Counted from the first letter of the stretch, positions 20,968 through 30,289 are shown. The stretch: DNA of 56,652 nucleotides from Chlamydiales bacterium (GCA_016213235.1 JACRBE010000047.1:1-56652); one strand, 5' to 3'. Notes: generated from the sequence alone by a model not told the origin. Made by a program: numbers and translations.

Positions 20968-22215
20968 TTATGTTCTGATTTGATAATTACCGTGAATAAC
21001 CCATTTGTATGAGGTTAATTCTTTTAACCCAACCGGTCCTCTAGCATGTAGCTTTTGGGTGCTAATTGCTACCTCAGCGCCAAGTCCAAACTGACCTCCA
21101 TCGGTAAAACGTGTAGACGCGTTTACGTAGACTGCTGCTGAGTCAATTTCGCTGATGAAAGATCGTGCATGCTCAGGGTTTTCTGTTAAAATACCATCGC
21201 TATGACCTGTGCTATGAGATCGGATGTGTATCATTGCTTCCGTTAAGTTTTCCACGATCTTAATCCCAAGGATAAGACTCAGCCACTCCGTATCCCAATC
21301 TTTTGGCTTTGCAAGTTCACAAGCAGGATCTTTCACAAGTTCATACGAGTTGTGATCTAAACGAAAAGTAACACCTCTTTTACTGAGCACTTGCACAACC
21401 TTGGGAATAAAAAAGGGAGCAATGGCAGCATGAACCAGCAAAGTGTCCAGAGCATTACATACAGTAGGCCTCTCGGTTTTTGCATTCACAATAACTTCAA
21501 GGGATCGCTCTAGATCGGCAGTCTCATCTACAAATAAATGGCAGATCCCAACTCCTCCTGTGATTACAGGAATCGTGCTATGCTCGCGACAAAATTGTTG
21601 CAGCGCTGCGCTACCTCGAGGAATAATCAAATCAATATATTCATGTAACTGGAGTAATTCTTTGATTTTTCTACGATCCGGATTTGTAATCAGCTGAATC
21701 GCCTCGATAGGAAGATCTGAAAAAGCAAGAGATTTTTTGATGATCTTTCCTAGTATTTGATTCGTATAAAGAGTTTCCGATCCTCCACGTAATATAGTGC
21801 AGTTCCCTGATTTAATCGTTAATATGCTGATATCAAGAGTTACATTGGGTCTTGATTCATAAATAACTCCGAGTACCCCGATAGGAGTACTCCTTTTTGT
21901 TAGTTTAAGTTGATTAGGTAAACACCTCTCTTCGAGTAGATCTCCTACAGGGTCAGGAAGGTGTATTACTTGATCAATATCATGGAGAATTCCTTCTAAT
22001 CGATTTTCTAAAGACAATCTTTCTAGTAAGGCAACACTTAGCCCATTTTCCTTTGCAAGATCCCTATCTTGTCGGTTAGCTTGTAAAATGATGTCTTTGT
22101 CTCTCTTTAAATTCTCAATTAGAATGGAAAGAGCTCTATTTCTTTGTAAAAGAGAGGCCCTTGCCATTTCAACAGTAGCAGCTTTTGCCGCAATTGCCAT
22201 TTTCTTTATATTCAT
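20968..22215 (-). CDS. proA: Gamma-glutamyl phosphate reductase
   Basis: IYESRPNVT, VCNALDTLLVH, NASTRFTDGG, STQKLHARGP. Confidence 0.96.
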   Translation of the reverse strand: MNIKKMAIAAKAATVEMARASLLQRNRALSILIENLKRDKDIILQANRQDRDLAKENGLSVALLERLSLENRLEGILHDIDQVIHLPDPVGDLLEERCLPNQLKLTKRSTPIGVLGVIYESRPNVTLDISILTIKSGNCTILRGGSETLYTNQILGKIIKKSLAFSDLPIEAIQLITNPDRRKIKELLQLHEYIDLIIPRGSAALQQFCREHSTIPVITGGVGICHLFVDETADLERSLEVIVNAKTERPTVCNALDTLLVHAAIAPFFIPKVVQVLSKRGVTFRLDHNSYELVKDPACELAKPKDWDTEWLSLILGIKIVENLTEAMIHIRSHSTGHSDGILTENPEHARSFISEIDSAAVYVNASTRFTDGGQFGLGAEVAISTQKLHARGPVGLKELTSYKWVIHGNYQIRT

Positions 22216-22994
22216 TTGATTATCTCCTTTTCAAAGAGTGTTCCTATCTGTTTGCCTTCCAATAAATCAATCAGAACATTAGGACGAGCAGCAGAAACGA
22301 TAATGGTTTGAATTCCCGATTTTGAAGCTACTTGAGCTGCTTCAATTTTGGTTGTCATTCCTCCTGTTCCAACAGATGTGGAAGATCCTCCTGCAAGGGA
22401 GAAAATCTTCTCATCAATATGTTTGACACAGGGGATGAGTGTTGCACTCGGATTACGGCGGGGATCATCCGTGTATAAACCCTCTTGATCAGTCAAGAGT
22501 ATAACAGTATCGGCTCCGATCAAACGGGCCACTAATGCAGCCAAATTATCATTGTCTCCAACGCAAGTCTCCTTTGTTGCTGCAGTGTCATTTTCATTAA
22601 TAATCGGGATAATATGATGCTCTAGTAAACAGCTTAATGTGTCTTGTGTAAGATGGCGCTTTCGAACTGAGAAGTTATCCTTTGTCAAAAGCACTTGCCC
22701 TACTTGAATATCAAATAAGGAAAATAACTCTGACCAAATTTGCATCAACTTTACCTGTCCAATAGAAGCAAATGTTTGCTTGGAGGGTAATAATTGACCT
22801 GTTTTAGAAGGATGTAGTAGCTCTCGTCCTGTTGCAACAGCGCCTGAGCTTACAACCACGAGCTCTAAACCTTTGCTCTGTAGATGAGCTATTTGCTGCA
22901 CTAGTCCCAACATGTAACGACGAGATAGCTTAGTGGTTCCCTGCATCAAGGTGCTAGTCCCCACTTTAATAACAATTTTATGCATTGCTTCCAT
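22212..22994 (-). CDS. proB: Glutamate 5-kinase (short form, no PUA domain)
   Basis: VIKVGTS, VSSGAV, PIINENDT, GDNDNLAA, GTGGMTTK; ends at 260 aa. Confidence 0.95.
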   Translation of the reverse strand: MEAMHKIVIKVGTSTLMQGTTKLSRRYMLGLVQQIAHLQSKGLELVVVSSGAVATGRELLHPSKTGQLLPSKQTFASIGQVKLMQIWSELFSLFDIQVGQVLLTKDNFSVRKRHLTQDTLSCLLEHHIIPIINENDTAATKETCVGDNDNLAALVARLIGADTVILLTDQEGLYTDDPRRNPSATLIPCVKHIDEKIFSLAGGSSTSVGTGGMTTKIEAAQVASKSGIQTIIVSAARPNVLIDLLEGKQIGTLFEKEIIK

Positions 22995-23120
22995 AAATAA
23001 CCTAAATTTAAATAAAAATATTTTTATCTATTACGTTTGTTAAATGAATAGATAAACAAAATTAAATTCTAAAAAGTGTTTTAGAAACAAAAATATATGA
23101 ATGTAATAAAAAAAAAAGAA

Positions 23121-23189
23121 TTACCCTAAAAAGGGCGGAGGGGGAGGAGAACAGATAAATTTAGGTACAATAAAAAATGTTTTTTTCAT
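23121..23189 (-). CDS. Putative proline-rich leader peptide of proBAC (MKKTFFIVPKFICSPPPPPFLG)
   Basis: Manual translation: 22 codons including CCT CCC CCT CCG CCC; TAA followed by TTC and a 10-T tract; lies between a promoter-like site and proB. Confidence 0.7.
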   Translation of the reverse strand: MKKTFFIVPKFICSPPPPPFLG

Positions 23190-23238
23190 ATTAACCAAAA
23201 AGACTACACAATTGAGGACCTTTGTCCTTTGAAACAAT

Positions 23239-23266
23239 AGTATATTGCACAATAGTTTTTACGCAA
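23239..23266 (-). promoter_or_regulatory. Sigma66/70-type promoter for leader-proBAC
   Basis: TTGCGT-N16-TATACT on the minus strand about 50 nt upstream of the leader ATG. Confidence 0.5.
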
Positions 23267-23366
23267 GTAAGTTGTTAAGGAAAAGCTGAACCATTCCCAC
23301 TCACTGATACAACTTTAGTTGTTAAACTATATTGATAGAGGCGATCCCAAAAAAACTTTTTGCATA

Positions 23367-24533
23367 CTATATCTTAAGAGCCTTTTTAACTTTTTTACCA
23401 ATATCAATCAGCCGCTCTTTGGGTTCATTAGAAAATACAAAACGTACATATTTAGCAGCCGTGTTTCCCCAACCAATCATCGGTGTTGTTGCTATTTTTG
23501 CCTCTTTCAATAGTTTGTCAGAGAGTTCCTGAGAAGATATCCCTATGGTCTCTGCATCAAGTAAGAAAGACCACCCTCCATGTGGAGGGATAATAGGAAA
23601 GCCAGCTAGTTCATGAAGCAGAGTGTTGCGTCTTTGTTCCCACACACCAATGGCTGCTTTCAGCCCATCATCTTGCGCATTAATCCCTGCAGCCACACCT
23701 GCCATACTAATACCTGTTTGACAGACAACATTTGATATGCTGACAAGGCCAATATCATTCATGATACTCTTTGGACCTACAACCCATCCTACACGCCACC
23801 CTATCATGCGTAGTTCTTTCGATGCTGCTCCCACAGTAATGGTACGCTCTTTCATACCTGGCAGTGATGCCGGATGAATCAGAGGACGGTGATCATAAAG
23901 AATCCTCTCCATTGCTGCATCATAGAGTAACCATGCATCTGTTTTGATACTGGTGCGCGCAACAGCTTCCCATTCCATTTGAGTAAGCACATGACCTGTT
24001 GGCATACCGGGGCTGATCAATATCACTTTTGTGCGTGGGGAAACGGCCCGTTCTAGTGCATCTATATCTAAACTCCATCCTGTTGGAGATGGTATAAGCG
24101 GCACAAATACAGGAATACCACCAGCTAAACGTATACGGTTAATAATACCTGCATAGGTAGGATCTGTGACGATTACCTCATCACCCACTTCAAGCATGGC
24201 AAGAAGACAATTCAAAATACCAGACATGCCACCGGCAGTGATAATGCATTCACTGCGCCAGTCGTATTCTATGCCACTAACACGTGAGACTCGTTTTGCG
24301 GCTGCTTGTCTTAACGTGTCTTGCCCAAGGAAAGGGAGATAACTATTATTTTCATCTACACCAACAGCCTTGCGGGTGGCTTCAATAGCAATTGCCGGTG
24401 GTGGTATATCAGTGTCCAGATTTTCAAGACGTAATATTTCAGGATCATGAGCTGCATCTGCTGCATTTCCCATACGGTCTACACCAATTCCAGGCACGTC
24501 GGCAAGTCTTGATACTTTTTTTAAATTAGGCAT
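23367..24533 (-). CDS. Class I/II PLP-dependent aminotransferase
   Basis: DPTY, PGMPTG, YDAAMER, ASKELRMIGWRVGW. Confidence 0.9.
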   Translation of the reverse strand: MPNLKKVSRLADVPGIGVDRMGNAADAAHDPEILRLENLDTDIPPPAIAIEATRKAVGVDENNSYLPFLGQDTLRQAAAKRVSRVSGIEYDWRSECIITAGGMSGILNCLLAMLEVGDEVIVTDPTYAGIINRIRLAGGIPVFVPLIPSPTGWSLDIDALERAVSPRTKVILISPGMPTGHVLTQMEWEAVARTSIKTDAWLLYDAAMERILYDHRPLIHPASLPGMKERTITVGAASKELRMIGWRVGWVVGPKSIMNDIGLVSISNVVCQTGISMAGVAAGINAQDDGLKAAIGVWEQRRNTLLHELAGFPIIPPHGGWSFLLDAETIGISSQELSDKLLKEAKIATTPMIGWGNTAAKYVRFVFSNEPKERLIDIGKKVKKALKI

Positions 24534-24587
24534 AACATTTCTCCGAGCCAGTAAAATTTTTCCATCAATATTACGTTATCTTTCCTG

Positions 24588-24624
24588 TTTTGTCAATTTG
24601 TTTAATTTTGACAAAATGTCTAAA
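24588..24624. promoter_or_regulatory. Overlapping palindromes, candidate operator of the YheO-like regulator
   Basis: TTTTGTCAA(24588-96)..TTGACAAAA(24608-16) and TTTTGACA-aaa-TGTCTAAA(24606-24) in the divergent intergenic region. Confidence 0.5.
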
Positions 24625-24658
24625 CATGATGTAATATGCATGCTATAATGGAGCGTGT

Positions 24659-25291
24659 ATGAAAAATTCAGAATTCACTGCCTTATGGAAACAGTATGAT
24701 CCTTTAATAAAGGCAATTGTAGAGCTGTTTCATCCTTTTGTAGAAGCTGCGGTTCACGACCTTAAGCAAGGGAAGATAGTAGCGATCTATCATAATATTT
24801 CTCAGAGGAAAGTAGGGGATCCTTCCCCACTGAAAGAGTTAAAAGTAAATATTAAGGACTTCCCGGAATATTTTACTCCCTATTACAAACAAAATTGGGA
24901 TGGAAGGCCTCTTAAGTGTACGTCTATCACCATGCGAAGTAAAAATGGTAATCCTATTGGATTGATTTGTTTAAATATGGACGCGAGTTTTTTTCAAGAC
25001 GGTTATCACTTATTAGAAGCATTTTTGAAAACTAAACGTGAAGCTGCAAATCCAATAGAAATATTTGGTAGCCAATGCGAAGAACAGGCAATGAGTGTCA
25101 TTCAACGATATTTAGATGAAAAACATTTATCGTTAAATCATTTAAATCGTGATCAGAAAAAACAGCTCGTTCAACATTTATATAAAAAAGGGATATTCAA
25201 CTTTAAAAATACAGCACCATTCATTGCAAAAAAATTGAATACGTCTAGGGCAAGTGTGTATAATTATATTAAAAAAAGTGGAATTGACTAA
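24659..25291 (+). CDS. YheO-like PAS + HTH transcriptional regulator
   Basis: EAAVHDL, SQRKVGDP, GLICLN, KGIF, SRASVYNY. Confidence 0.9.
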   Translation: MKNSEFTALWKQYDPLIKAIVELFHPFVEAAVHDLKQGKIVAIYHNISQRKVGDPSPLKELKVNIKDFPEYFTPYYKQNWDGRPLKCTSITMRSKNGNPIGLICLNMDASFFQDGYHLLEAFLKTKREAANPIEIFGSQCEEQAMSVIQRYLDEKHLSLNHLNRDQKKQLVQHLYKKGIFNFKNTAPFIAKKLNTSRASVYNYIKKSGID

Positions 25292-25345
25292 TACTTTTTT
25301 TAATGATAAAAAATGCATGCAAAAATATACAAGTGCAAACAAGTT

Positions 25346-25795
25346 ATGATAATGGAAAATACAACAATTCAAAAAGCAAATACTCGTGAACAAATCAGAG
25401 CATGCTATAAGATCATGCGTCAGCTTCGTCCTCATTTGACTGATGAAGAATCTTTTATACAGCAGGTACAGCGTCAATTAGCGGAAGGATACCAGTTGGT
25501 CTACTTACAAGAAGGGGAAGAAATAAGAGCTCTTGCAGGATTCAGATTGCTAGAGTTCTTAGCTTGGGGGAAAGTTCTCTACATTGATGATCTAATCACA
25601 GATAGTGAAATACGAAGAAGTGGCCACGGAGGGAAGCTTTTAAAATGGGTGATTGAACAAGCCAAAGAAGCAAAATGCGATCAAGTTCATTTGGATAGCG
25701 GGCCTCAGCGCCACGATGCTCATAGACTATATCTAAATCATGGGTTCAAAATTGTTGCACATCATTTTGCTTTAGATTTTAAAGATCCACGTTAG
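25346..25795 (+). CDS. GNAT acetyltransferase
   Basis: LYIDDLITD..RRSGHG, HLDSG..RHDAHRLY. Confidence 0.9.
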   Translation: MIMENTTIQKANTREQIRACYKIMRQLRPHLTDEESFIQQVQRQLAEGYQLVYLQEGEEIRALAGFRLLEFLAWGKVLYIDDLITDSEIRRSGHGGKLLKWVIEQAKEAKCDQVHLDSGPQRHDAHRLYLNHGFKIVAHHFALDFKDPR

Positions 25796-26003
25796 TTAAG
25801 TTGATTCTCCAATTATAGGGATTAGATCTACAGCCTACGAATGATGTGTTTGTGGAGCCATTTGTATTAATAGGCTTGTTACTGCAGCTGTGATCGAGTT
25901 CAATATGTTAGCAAATCAGCGCCTCATAGCTACTTGTTTTTCTTAACAAGTTAATTATAAGAAGAATAAAATGTGTTTTTTCGAGGTGTCTTTAGCCTCG
26001 CCA

Positions 26004-26061
26004 ACTGTTCACTGGTTTTAACTGTCCAATATTTATTGAACAGTGTATTCTAATGAACAGT
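26004..26061. promoter_or_regulatory. Nested inverted-repeat operator upstream of the AbiEi-like antitoxin
   Basis: ACTGTTCA/TGAACAGT and ACTGTCCAATA/TATTGAACAGT share one symmetry centre (26032.5). Confidence 0.75.
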
Positions 26062-26072
26062 AGGAGATCATA

Positions 26073-26795
26073 ATGAAAGGTCGATTTCTAGTAAGTTCAA
26101 ATGAAGAGGCTCTCGAGGGCAATATCTATGCTGATAGATCGGCTCTTATTCTTGATTGGCTTTTGAGAGAGGGAATAAAAAGACAGGGATTCTCCCTAAG
26201 AGAAGTCGCTAAAGAAATAGAAGTAAGCGTGGGACTAGTCCAGCGAGTCTTTAGCATCTTAGTCTTGAAGGGGTTTCTTCAAACCGAAGGGATAAGAACG
26301 GCCAAGAAGTTTTTCTTTAAGAAATCAAAACTTCTTCTCAAAAGCTGGTTAGAGCATTACAGCATTGCGAAAAAATGCAAAATGAGGACTTATCGTTCAA
26401 GCCTCTTTGAAAAAGCAGAACTGCTTAATGCCCTAAAGAAATCAAAGTTAAATCAAAAGGTAGCATTGGCACTTCATTCAGCTGCTGAGGTTCACGGTTG
26501 TAAGAATACTAATCTGGATACTCTTGAATTATACATGCTAGATCCTGCTGCCAGATCAAAGCTGGAAGATGTTCTTCAATTAGAACCTCAAGAAAGAGGG
26601 TATGAAGTTTTACTTATAGAGCCTTATTATGAGAGTTTGCTTAACCTCGGCATGGATTCAGACAGAAGTATCAAAATCTGCCCAGCTCTTTTAACTTTTC
26701 TCGATCTTTACCATTTTCCTCTGCGTGGACAAGAACAAGCTGAATTTATGGCAGAACGCATCCCTGAGCTAAAACGCATCTACAAGAACGGTTAA
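26073..26795 (+). CDS. Type IV TA AbiEi-like antitoxin (winged-helix N-terminus)
   Basis: SLREVAKEIEVSVGLVQRV HTH, LLKSWLEHY, ALALHSAA, C-terminal LTFLDLY..PLRGQEQAE. Confidence 0.8.
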   Translation: MKGRFLVSSNEEALEGNIYADRSALILDWLLREGIKRQGFSLREVAKEIEVSVGLVQRVFSILVLKGFLQTEGIRTAKKFFFKKSKLLLKSWLEHYSIAKKCKMRTYRSSLFEKAELLNALKKSKLNQKVALALHSAAEVHGCKNTNLDTLELYMLDPAARSKLEDVLQLEPQERGYEVLLIEPYYESLLNLGMDSDRSIKICPALLTFLDLYHFPLRGQEQAEFMAERIPELKRIYKNG

Positions 26796-26800
26796 TCATA

Positions 26801-26926
26801 ATGAAACAAAATCAAGAAGATAAGATCATCTCCGAATTTCTAAATTCGATCGGCCCATGGCGTGAATTTATCGTTATCGGGGGTGGTTTTGCTCTCTTTA
26901 TCTACAAACTCTATCTGAAGGAATAG
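26801..26926 (+). pseudogene. N-terminal fragment of the cognate nucleotidyltransferase toxin
   Basis: MKQNQEDKIISEFLNSIGPWREFIVIGGGFALFIY: the IVIGG.A motif begins AbiEii-type toxins; starts 5 nt after the antitoxin and stops at a fusion junction. Confidence 0.7.
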
Positions 26927-27147
26927 CTGTGCCTATGATCAAAGAATTCTTAAGAAGTCATTTTTCTCATGTGAAGCGAGTTCTAATAGACCCCGAAGCC
27001 ACAAACACAAGAGCTATTCACGTATACCAAAAAGTAGGTTTTAAAATCGTCGGAGAATTCATTGCAAGCTGGCATCCTGTGCCACATTATCAAATGGAGC
27101 TACTCATGAAAGATTTATTGCCTTCAATAGGAGCTTCCAATGCCTAA
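26918..27147 (+). pseudogene. C-terminal fragment of an AAC(6')-like GNAT acetyltransferase
   Basis: GIAVPMIKEFL..VLIDPEATNTRAIHVYQKVGF; N-terminal half absent. Confidence 0.75.
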
Positions 27148-28243
27148 AAAGTCCATCCCAGCCATCAAAAAAAAAGATGTATCCCCTGCCGAATATACGA
27201 AATTCATTACCTCATTGAAGGTTAAAATTCGATCAGTCCAGATCAAGGCTGCCGTCACGGTTAATAGTGAATTAATCAAGCTTTATTGGGAGGTTGGAAA
27301 AGAAATATTTGAAAAACAGGAGAAACAGGGCTGGGGTAGTAACATATTGGAAAAGGCAGCTAAAGAGCTTCAAAATGAGTTCCCTGGTGTTGAGGGATTC
27401 TCAAGGCGTAACATGTTTAGGATGAAAGCATTCTATCAAGCATACGCAAAAGTGCCACAAGCTGTGGCACAATTAGACGATTTACCTGTTTTTTCTATTC
27501 CTTGGGGTCACAATGCACTCATTCTTGAGAAAATCAAGGATACAGCAGAGCGTCTTTGGTATGCTTCCAAAACGATAGAACATGGATGGAGCAGAAGCAT
27601 ACTCACCATTTGGATTGAAAACGACTTGTATCATAGAGAAGGAAAGGCAATCACTAACTTCAAAGCGGCGCTGCCAGCTCCGCAGTCAGATTTAGCACAA
27701 CAATCGTTAAAAGACCCCTATGTCTTTGACTTCCTCACCTTGCACAAAGAATATCTTGAGAAAGACTTAGAAGATGGATTGGTGAAACACATCCAAAAAT
27801 TCTTGATTGAATTGGGACAGGGCTTTGCCTTCGTTGGCCAACAATATCCTATCAAAGCAGGAAAAAAGGACCTCTATATCGATTTGCTGTTTTACCATCT
27901 AAATTTACGCTGCTACATAATTGTTGAGCTTAAAGCTGGGGAATTCGATAGCCGTGATGCTGGACAAATGAGTGCATACCTTTCAGCTGTGGACGACCAG
28001 CTTAGACGCGATGGTGACCAACCAAGTATTGGGATTATCCTATGCAAGACAAAAGACAATATTTTCGCTGAATACGTTTTAAGGAACTTTAATCGACCAA
28101 TTGGCCTGGCAGAATTTGAAGTCAAAGTTGTTGAAAAGCTGCCTAAAGAACTTAAGTCAAGCCTACCCACAGTCGAAGAGATTGAAGCTGAATTAAGCAT
28201 AGTCCCTGAAAACAAAAAGAAATCGAAAAAAAAGGAAGATTAA
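27140..28243 (+). CDS. YhcG-family (DUF1016) PD-(D/E)XK nuclease
   Basis: LYWEVG, IPWGHN, KDPYVFDFL, ELGQGFAFVG, IDLLFY, VELK, GIILCK. Confidence 0.92.
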   Translation: MPKKSIPAIKKKDVSPAEYTKFITSLKVKIRSVQIKAAVTVNSELIKLYWEVGKEIFEKQEKQGWGSNILEKAAKELQNEFPGVEGFSRRNMFRMKAFYQAYAKVPQAVAQLDDLPVFSIPWGHNALILEKIKDTAERLWYASKTIEHGWSRSILTIWIENDLYHREGKAITNFKAALPAPQSDLAQQSLKDPYVFDFLTLHKEYLEKDLEDGLVKHIQKFLIELGQGFAFVGQQYPIKAGKKDLYIDLLFYHLNLRCYIIVELKAGEFDSRDAGQMSAYLSAVDDQLRRDGDQPSIGIILCKTKDNIFAEYVLRNFNRPIGLAEFEVKVVEKLPKELKSSLPTVEEIEAELSIVPENKKKSKKKED

Positions 28244-28615
28244 ATGGAATATGTATGCTATGAATCTGCTCTAAAGCACGCCAACCCTCCTAACTGTATT
28301 GTTTATGAATATCCTATGCAGAACTCTGAAATGAATATCGGCGTAGCAGAAATCACGGGCAGATATCCAGATGAAGGATATGCCATCAATCACAAATGCA
28401 GTGAAATGGGTTACATTCTAAAAGGTTCTGGGAAACTTGTTACGGAAACTGAAGAAGTGACCCTCTCCTTAGGCGATGTAGTCTACATTCCCCGTGGAGA
28501 AAAATACTATTGGGAAGAAAATATAACAGTGATCCTCCCAGCAACGCCCGCTTGGTATCCTGAGCAACACAAAACAAATCTTCCTGACAGCAAAGAAACA
28601 GTCTCTAATCAATGA
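28244..28615 (+). CDS. Cupin-domain protein
   Basis: EMGYILKGSG..GDVVYIPRGEKY. Confidence 0.8.
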   Translation: MEYVCYESALKHANPPNCIVYEYPMQNSEMNIGVAEITGRYPDEGYAINHKCSEMGYILKGSGKLVTETEEVTLSLGDVVYIPRGEKYYWEENITVILPATPAWYPEQHKTNLPDSKETVSNQ

Positions 28616-29166
28616 ATATTGTCCAACAGATCACAGAAACCATTAACTCAATAGCTCCTTTAGATAAAAGAGAACAAGAGCATCTTTTCTTTACTAGCAA
28701 ATGGATAACCTCTGGAGCTGAAATTTTCCGCATTGCTAAACCTGCTACTCCTGATCCCCATCTGGTTGCTTACTTTCTCCTATTAGACCCTATTCATAAA
28801 AAAATACTATTAGTAGATCATAAAAAAGCAGAGTTATGGCTTCCAGCGGGCGGACATGTTGAACTGAATGAACACCCCAAAGAAACAGTAAAAAGAGAAG
28901 TATTGGAAGAACTCAACACTGAAGCCGAATTCTTACTTCCTAAGCCCTTCTTTTTGACTGTCACTCAAACAGTCGGGCAAACAGCAGGACATACCGATGT
29001 CTCTATCTGGTATCTTATAAAAGGAGATGTTGATATGAGCTATCAATTTGATCGAGAAGAATTCAATCAAATTCGTTGGTTTTCTTCGGTTGATGTACCA
29101 TATGAGCGTTCCGATCCACACATGCAAAGATGTCTTGAAAAACTCAAAAGCCTTAACCAACTTTAG
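28612..29166 (+). CDS. NUDIX hydrolase
   Basis: GGHVELNEHPKETVKREVLEE Nudix box. Confidence 0.9.
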   Translation: MNIVQQITETINSIAPLDKREQEHLFFTSKWITSGAEIFRIAKPATPDPHLVAYFLLLDPIHKKILLVDHKKAELWLPAGGHVELNEHPKETVKREVLEELNTEAEFLLPKPFFLTVTQTVGQTAGHTDVSIWYLIKGDVDMSYQFDREEFNQIRWFSSVDVPYERSDPHMQRCLEKLKSLNQL

Positions 29167-29170
29167 TAGC

Positions 29171-30289
29171 ATGATAAATGACCCTGTACAGATTATTTAT
29201 TTAAACGGCCCATCAAGCAGTGGAAAAACAACTCTTGCTAAAGCATTACAACATTCCTTTGAGACACTGTTTTTGCTTGTAGGGATTGATAAAATCATTG
29301 GTTGGATGCCCGAAAAAGTTAATGATTGGACGGGTGGTGAAGCCCCACTTGGATATAGTTGGAAGAAAGACAAAGACTCCTCAGGAAACCTTATTCACGA
29401 ACTCCAAACGGGACCATATGCAAAGCAAATAGCAAAAATGTTTCAGGAAATAGTCCTTTTGTTAGCTCAAAAAGGGCATCCTACCATTATCGATGATGTT
29501 TCTTTTGGCAAACAGCAGATTGATGAGTGGAAGAAACTTTTAAAAGATTTTCACGTTTTATGGATAGGTGTTAATGCCCCTCTTGATGTGTTAGAACAGA
29601 GAGAAAAAGAGCGTGGCAACAGAATGATAGGGTCGGCCCGAGCTCAATTCCATAAAGTACATGTGGACGCCACCTATGATTTAGAAATTGATACACATCA
29701 CGCCACCGCCTCTGAAAATATTAAAAAAATACAATTGCTAGTTAAAACTTCTGAAAACCGTCCGAAAAGGACTCTGATACGTCCTCTTACTAAAGCGGAT
29801 ATTCCCAAAATAGTCGCTCGATATTCTTTCCCTTGGTCGACTCCAGAAAAAACCCAATTTCTTTGGGATTCATATTATCAAGAACAGCAAAATAGGACTC
29901 GAACTGTAGCCGTTTTAGAGGAAAATCATGAAATCCTAGGTTATGGTAGCTTACTGAGAAAACCCGAGTGCCCTTTCTTTGCACAACAGAATATTCCAGA
30001 AATCAACGCAATTTGGATTGATGAAAATCACAGAAAGCGAGGCTTGGGAACAGCCTTGGTCAAATGGCTTGAAAAGCTTGCAAGCCAAGAAGGCTATCAT
30101 CAAATAGGAATTGGGGTAGGATTATACAAAGATTACGGACCCGCACAGAAACTGTATTTTGAGTTGGGTTATTCACCTGAAGGTAATGGTATTACCTACA
30201 AAGGAGAAATAACCACTCCAGGACAATCATATTCACTGGACGATGATCTTATCCTTTGGCTAACCAAAGCATTAAAAATCGATTCATGA
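29171..30289 (+). CDS. Chloramphenicol-phosphotransferase-like kinase fused to a GNAT domain
   Basis: YLNGPSSSGKTT, IIDDV, REKERGNR, YDLEIDT; then PEIN..RKRGLG..GIGVGLY.DYGPAQKLY. Confidence 0.85.
   Translation: MINDPVQIIYLNGPSSSGKTTLAKALQHSFETLFLLVGIDKIIGWMPEKVNDWTGGEAPLGYSWKKDKDSSGNLIHELQTGPYAKQIAKMFQEIVLLLAQKGHPTIIDDVSFGKQQIDEWKKLLKDFHVLWIGVNAPLDVLEQREKERGNRMIGSARAQFHKVHVDATYDLEIDTHHATASENIKKIQLLVKTSENRPKRTLIRPLTKADIPKIVARYSFPWSTPEKTQFLWDSYYQEQQNRTRTVAVLEENHEILGYGSLLRKPECPFFAQQNIPEINAIWIDENHRKRGLGTALVKWLEKLASQEGYHQIGIGVGLYKDYGPAQKLYFELGYSPEGNGITYKGEITTPGQSYSLDDDLILWLTKALKIDS

Noticed and set aside
26918..30289. Cassette block as an integron array
   Set aside because: Genes abut or overlap, leaving no room for attC sites, and no IntI is present
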